Part shown: in pieces, positions 14,863 through 16,510 of the stretch
Layout: every line of letters begins with the position of its first letter
How positions within the stretch are numbered: position 1 is the stretch's first letter
Assembly: GCA_016840425.1 (NCBI GenBank)
Contig: JAEOSI010000024.1
Coordinates: 1 to 16,510 of the forward strand
Origin: Candidatus Wukongarchaeum yapensis
GTDB taxonomy: Archaea > Asgardarchaeota > Wukongarchaeia > Wukongarchaeales > Wukongarchaeaceae
Reading direction: 5' to 3'
DNA length: 16,510 bases
Program-made: the position numbers and the translations under genes
The notes under the pieces: model-generated
Told to the model about the DNA's origin: nothing
The model's input: only the letters and a program-made list of their open reading frames with translations
Database searches by the model: none

Positions 14863-15441
14863 TCAAAGATAATTCCAATCTATCTTAAAGACGCATGTCT
14901 CCTGTTTATTTGCCCTACAACTAATCTCTTTTACAGAAATATCTGCTTCGCTAGAAATATGCTTCTCAAAAACCCCCCCAAAAATTCCTTCAGGAATTGC
15001 GCAAATAGGTCGATCGCTAACCCTAATCTCTCCCTTACAATCTAAACACCATATACAATTTTCTATTTTTACCACGGCAACACCTCCATTTTCTTTTTCG
15101 TTAAATCTAATAAGCTCTCCAAAGGATCTATTCATCGTACAAAAAGGAATTGCCCCTTCAAGCATTATTTTAAGGATAAACTTTTCATCAAACTCTTTTT
15201 CACCAAAACCCATTTTTTTACCAGCTAAATTAAAATATATGTGACCTGCCTGTCTTCCTATCGCTTTTAGAGCCGTGTAGCCTACCTCTTCTTCTTCCAG
15301 AAAAATCTCAGTTAAAGACCTTCTAAGAAAATCTTCAGCTGAATTACCTTTTTCACCAATAATTCCCGCCAATGAAGGAAATACAGCCTTAATAATTTTA
15401 ACTAATACCTTATCACGAAATACCAATTCAACCCCTTCCAT
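14863..15441 (-). CDS. V4R domain protein
   Basis: IENCIWC...ICAIPEGIFGGVF...VKEISCRANKQETCVFKI is the V4R (4-vinyl reductase) Cys signature. Confidence 0.85.
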   Translation of the reverse strand: MEGVELVFRDKVLVKIIKAVFPSLAGIIGEKGNSAEDFLRRSLTEIFLEEEEVGYTALKAIGRQAGHIYFNLAGKKMGFGEKEFDEKFILKIMLEGAIPFCTMNRSFGELIRFNEKENGGVAVVKIENCIWCLDCKGEIRVSDRPICAIPEGIFGGVFEKHISSEADISVKEISCRANKQETCVFKIDWNYL

Positions 15442-16330
15442 ATTCTAATTTAATAGCGCCCTGAGAGTAAAGTTTCAAAAAATATCTGCAAATATCACTC
15501 AAAGAATGCCACCTTTTTAAATCAAAATAGAACTTTAGAACTGTTTTTGGTAGGTTTAAATAAGATAAAGCCAATCTTTCTCCAAATTCCTCTATAAGCG
15601 CTTTTGAATTCCTCAAAATTTTCCTAACGTCAACAACTCTCCCTATAACGCTTTGAGGATAAAAAAAGATCAAAACCCCCATAGCAAAAACATCAGGCAA
15701 GGCTCCCTCAACCAACGTCATAAGCGACTCTACCCCCTCCTTTAACTTAACATAATCCTCATCAGCTTCTTTTTTACTATTTTCAAGCACTATTACAACA
15801 GAAACCTTCCCAACATTCAAAACAAACAAATCTCTCGTTAACATGATTTCATTTGATAATTTAGAAAACCTAGTCACATCATTTTTACCCGGGATATTTT
15901 CGACAATCTCATTTAGTAAAGCAGTAGATGGCAAAGTTTCACATAACTGACTCGCTATCTTTCCCCCCTGAATAAACAAGATACACCCCGCCCCAGAGGG
16001 TTTTTGACCTTTAAGATTCAAAAAAAGCTCTATAACTTCTCTTTTTTCACATTTTTTATCAATACCCATCACTGGACGTTTTAGAGACGTAAATTCTTCT
16101 CTCTCTTCTGAAACAGTTTTTAGTGCAGTCCTAGAATCCCTGACCGCGCCATTTTTATCCACTAAAAGAAACAACGAATGATCAGGAGCATGCTCATAAA
16201 TAAATTCTGCTAACCCTCTTTCCTGGGCTTTTTCTAACACAACAGGAGGAATTTGCACCTCTAAAGTTTGCACACAAATATCACAACGAACCCATGCTCT
16301 AATAAAACCTACCCTCGATTCCCTTAACAA
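15428..16330 (-). CDS. Hypothetical protein: N-terminal C-x2-C...H-x3-H metal-binding module, central alpha/beta domain, possible C-terminal winged helix
   Basis: RCDIC...EHAPDHSLFLLVDKNGAVRD; translationally coupled to both neighbours (14-nt and 7-nt overlaps). Confidence 0.65.
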   Translation of the reverse strand: MLRESRVGFIRAWVRCDICVQTLEVQIPPVVLEKAQERGLAEFIYEHAPDHSLFLLVDKNGAVRDSRTALKTVSEEREEFTSLKRPVMGIDKKCEKREVIELFLNLKGQKPSGAGCILFIQGGKIASQLCETLPSTALLNEIVENIPGKNDVTRFSKLSNEIMLTRDLFVLNVGKVSVVIVLENSKKEADEDYVKLKEGVESLMTLVEGALPDVFAMGVLIFFYPQSVIGRVVDVRKILRNSKALIEEFGERLALSYLNLPKTVLKFYFDLKRWHSLSDICRYFLKLYSQGAIKLEYGRG

Positions 16331-16509
16331 CCATCTTTCCTCCCTTTAATGATCAAATCAAGCAACCTCATAAAAGGCTCTTCCACATTATATCCCAAAA
16401 CCGAAGAACAAAGCATATGCTCCTTCAAAGAAAACTGATCCATAAAATCCCTCAAAGTTTCTTCATCGACCTTATTCTCAAAATCAATTTTTGTTCCGAC
16501 AAGCAACTC
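16324..16509 (-). CDS. C-terminal part of a Ras/Rab-like small GTPase (5' end outside the window)
   Basis: G4-like LLVGTKID and G5-like CSSVLGYNVEEPF..L; the frame stays open to the window edge. Confidence 0.8.
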   Translation of the reverse strand, partial: ELLVGTKIDFENKVDEETLRDFMDQFSLKEHMLCSSVLGYNVEEPFMRLLDLIIKGRKDGC

Positions 16510-16510
16510 G

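Overview
Archaeal genomic window, probably Asgard-like: there is a V4R/small-GTPase cluster at the right end and intron-containing tRNAs with bulge-helix-bulge (BHB) motifs. Taxonomy is inferred, not shown. Four parts. (1) 1-~2290: the end of an integrated element carrying an Sm-like ORF, three micro-ORFs and a tyrosine integrase, next to a truncated partner gene of satD. (2) 2460-10734: satD, then a conserved archaeal housekeeping block (DUF2110, tfe, trm56, hflX, mbf1, pan, taw2-like, nac) and an isolated atpD. (3) 10868-13473: the most unusual part. A transposase-less 2.2 kb insert encodes a 615-aa TnpB-related RuvC protein and is flanked by an exact 14-bp direct repeat equal to nt 1-14 of tRNA-Leu(TAA). 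The ORF stop codon is completed by G1 of the intact tRNA, the last ~490 nt of the ORF are densely base-paired like an omegaRNA scaffold, and the tRNA has two non-canonical introns. tRNA-Thr(GGT) follows. (4) 13506-16510: a minus-strand operon with a membrane protein, two V4R proteins, a putative Zn-binding protein and the 3' part of a small GTPase. All family calls come from motif recognition by eye; no searches were run.
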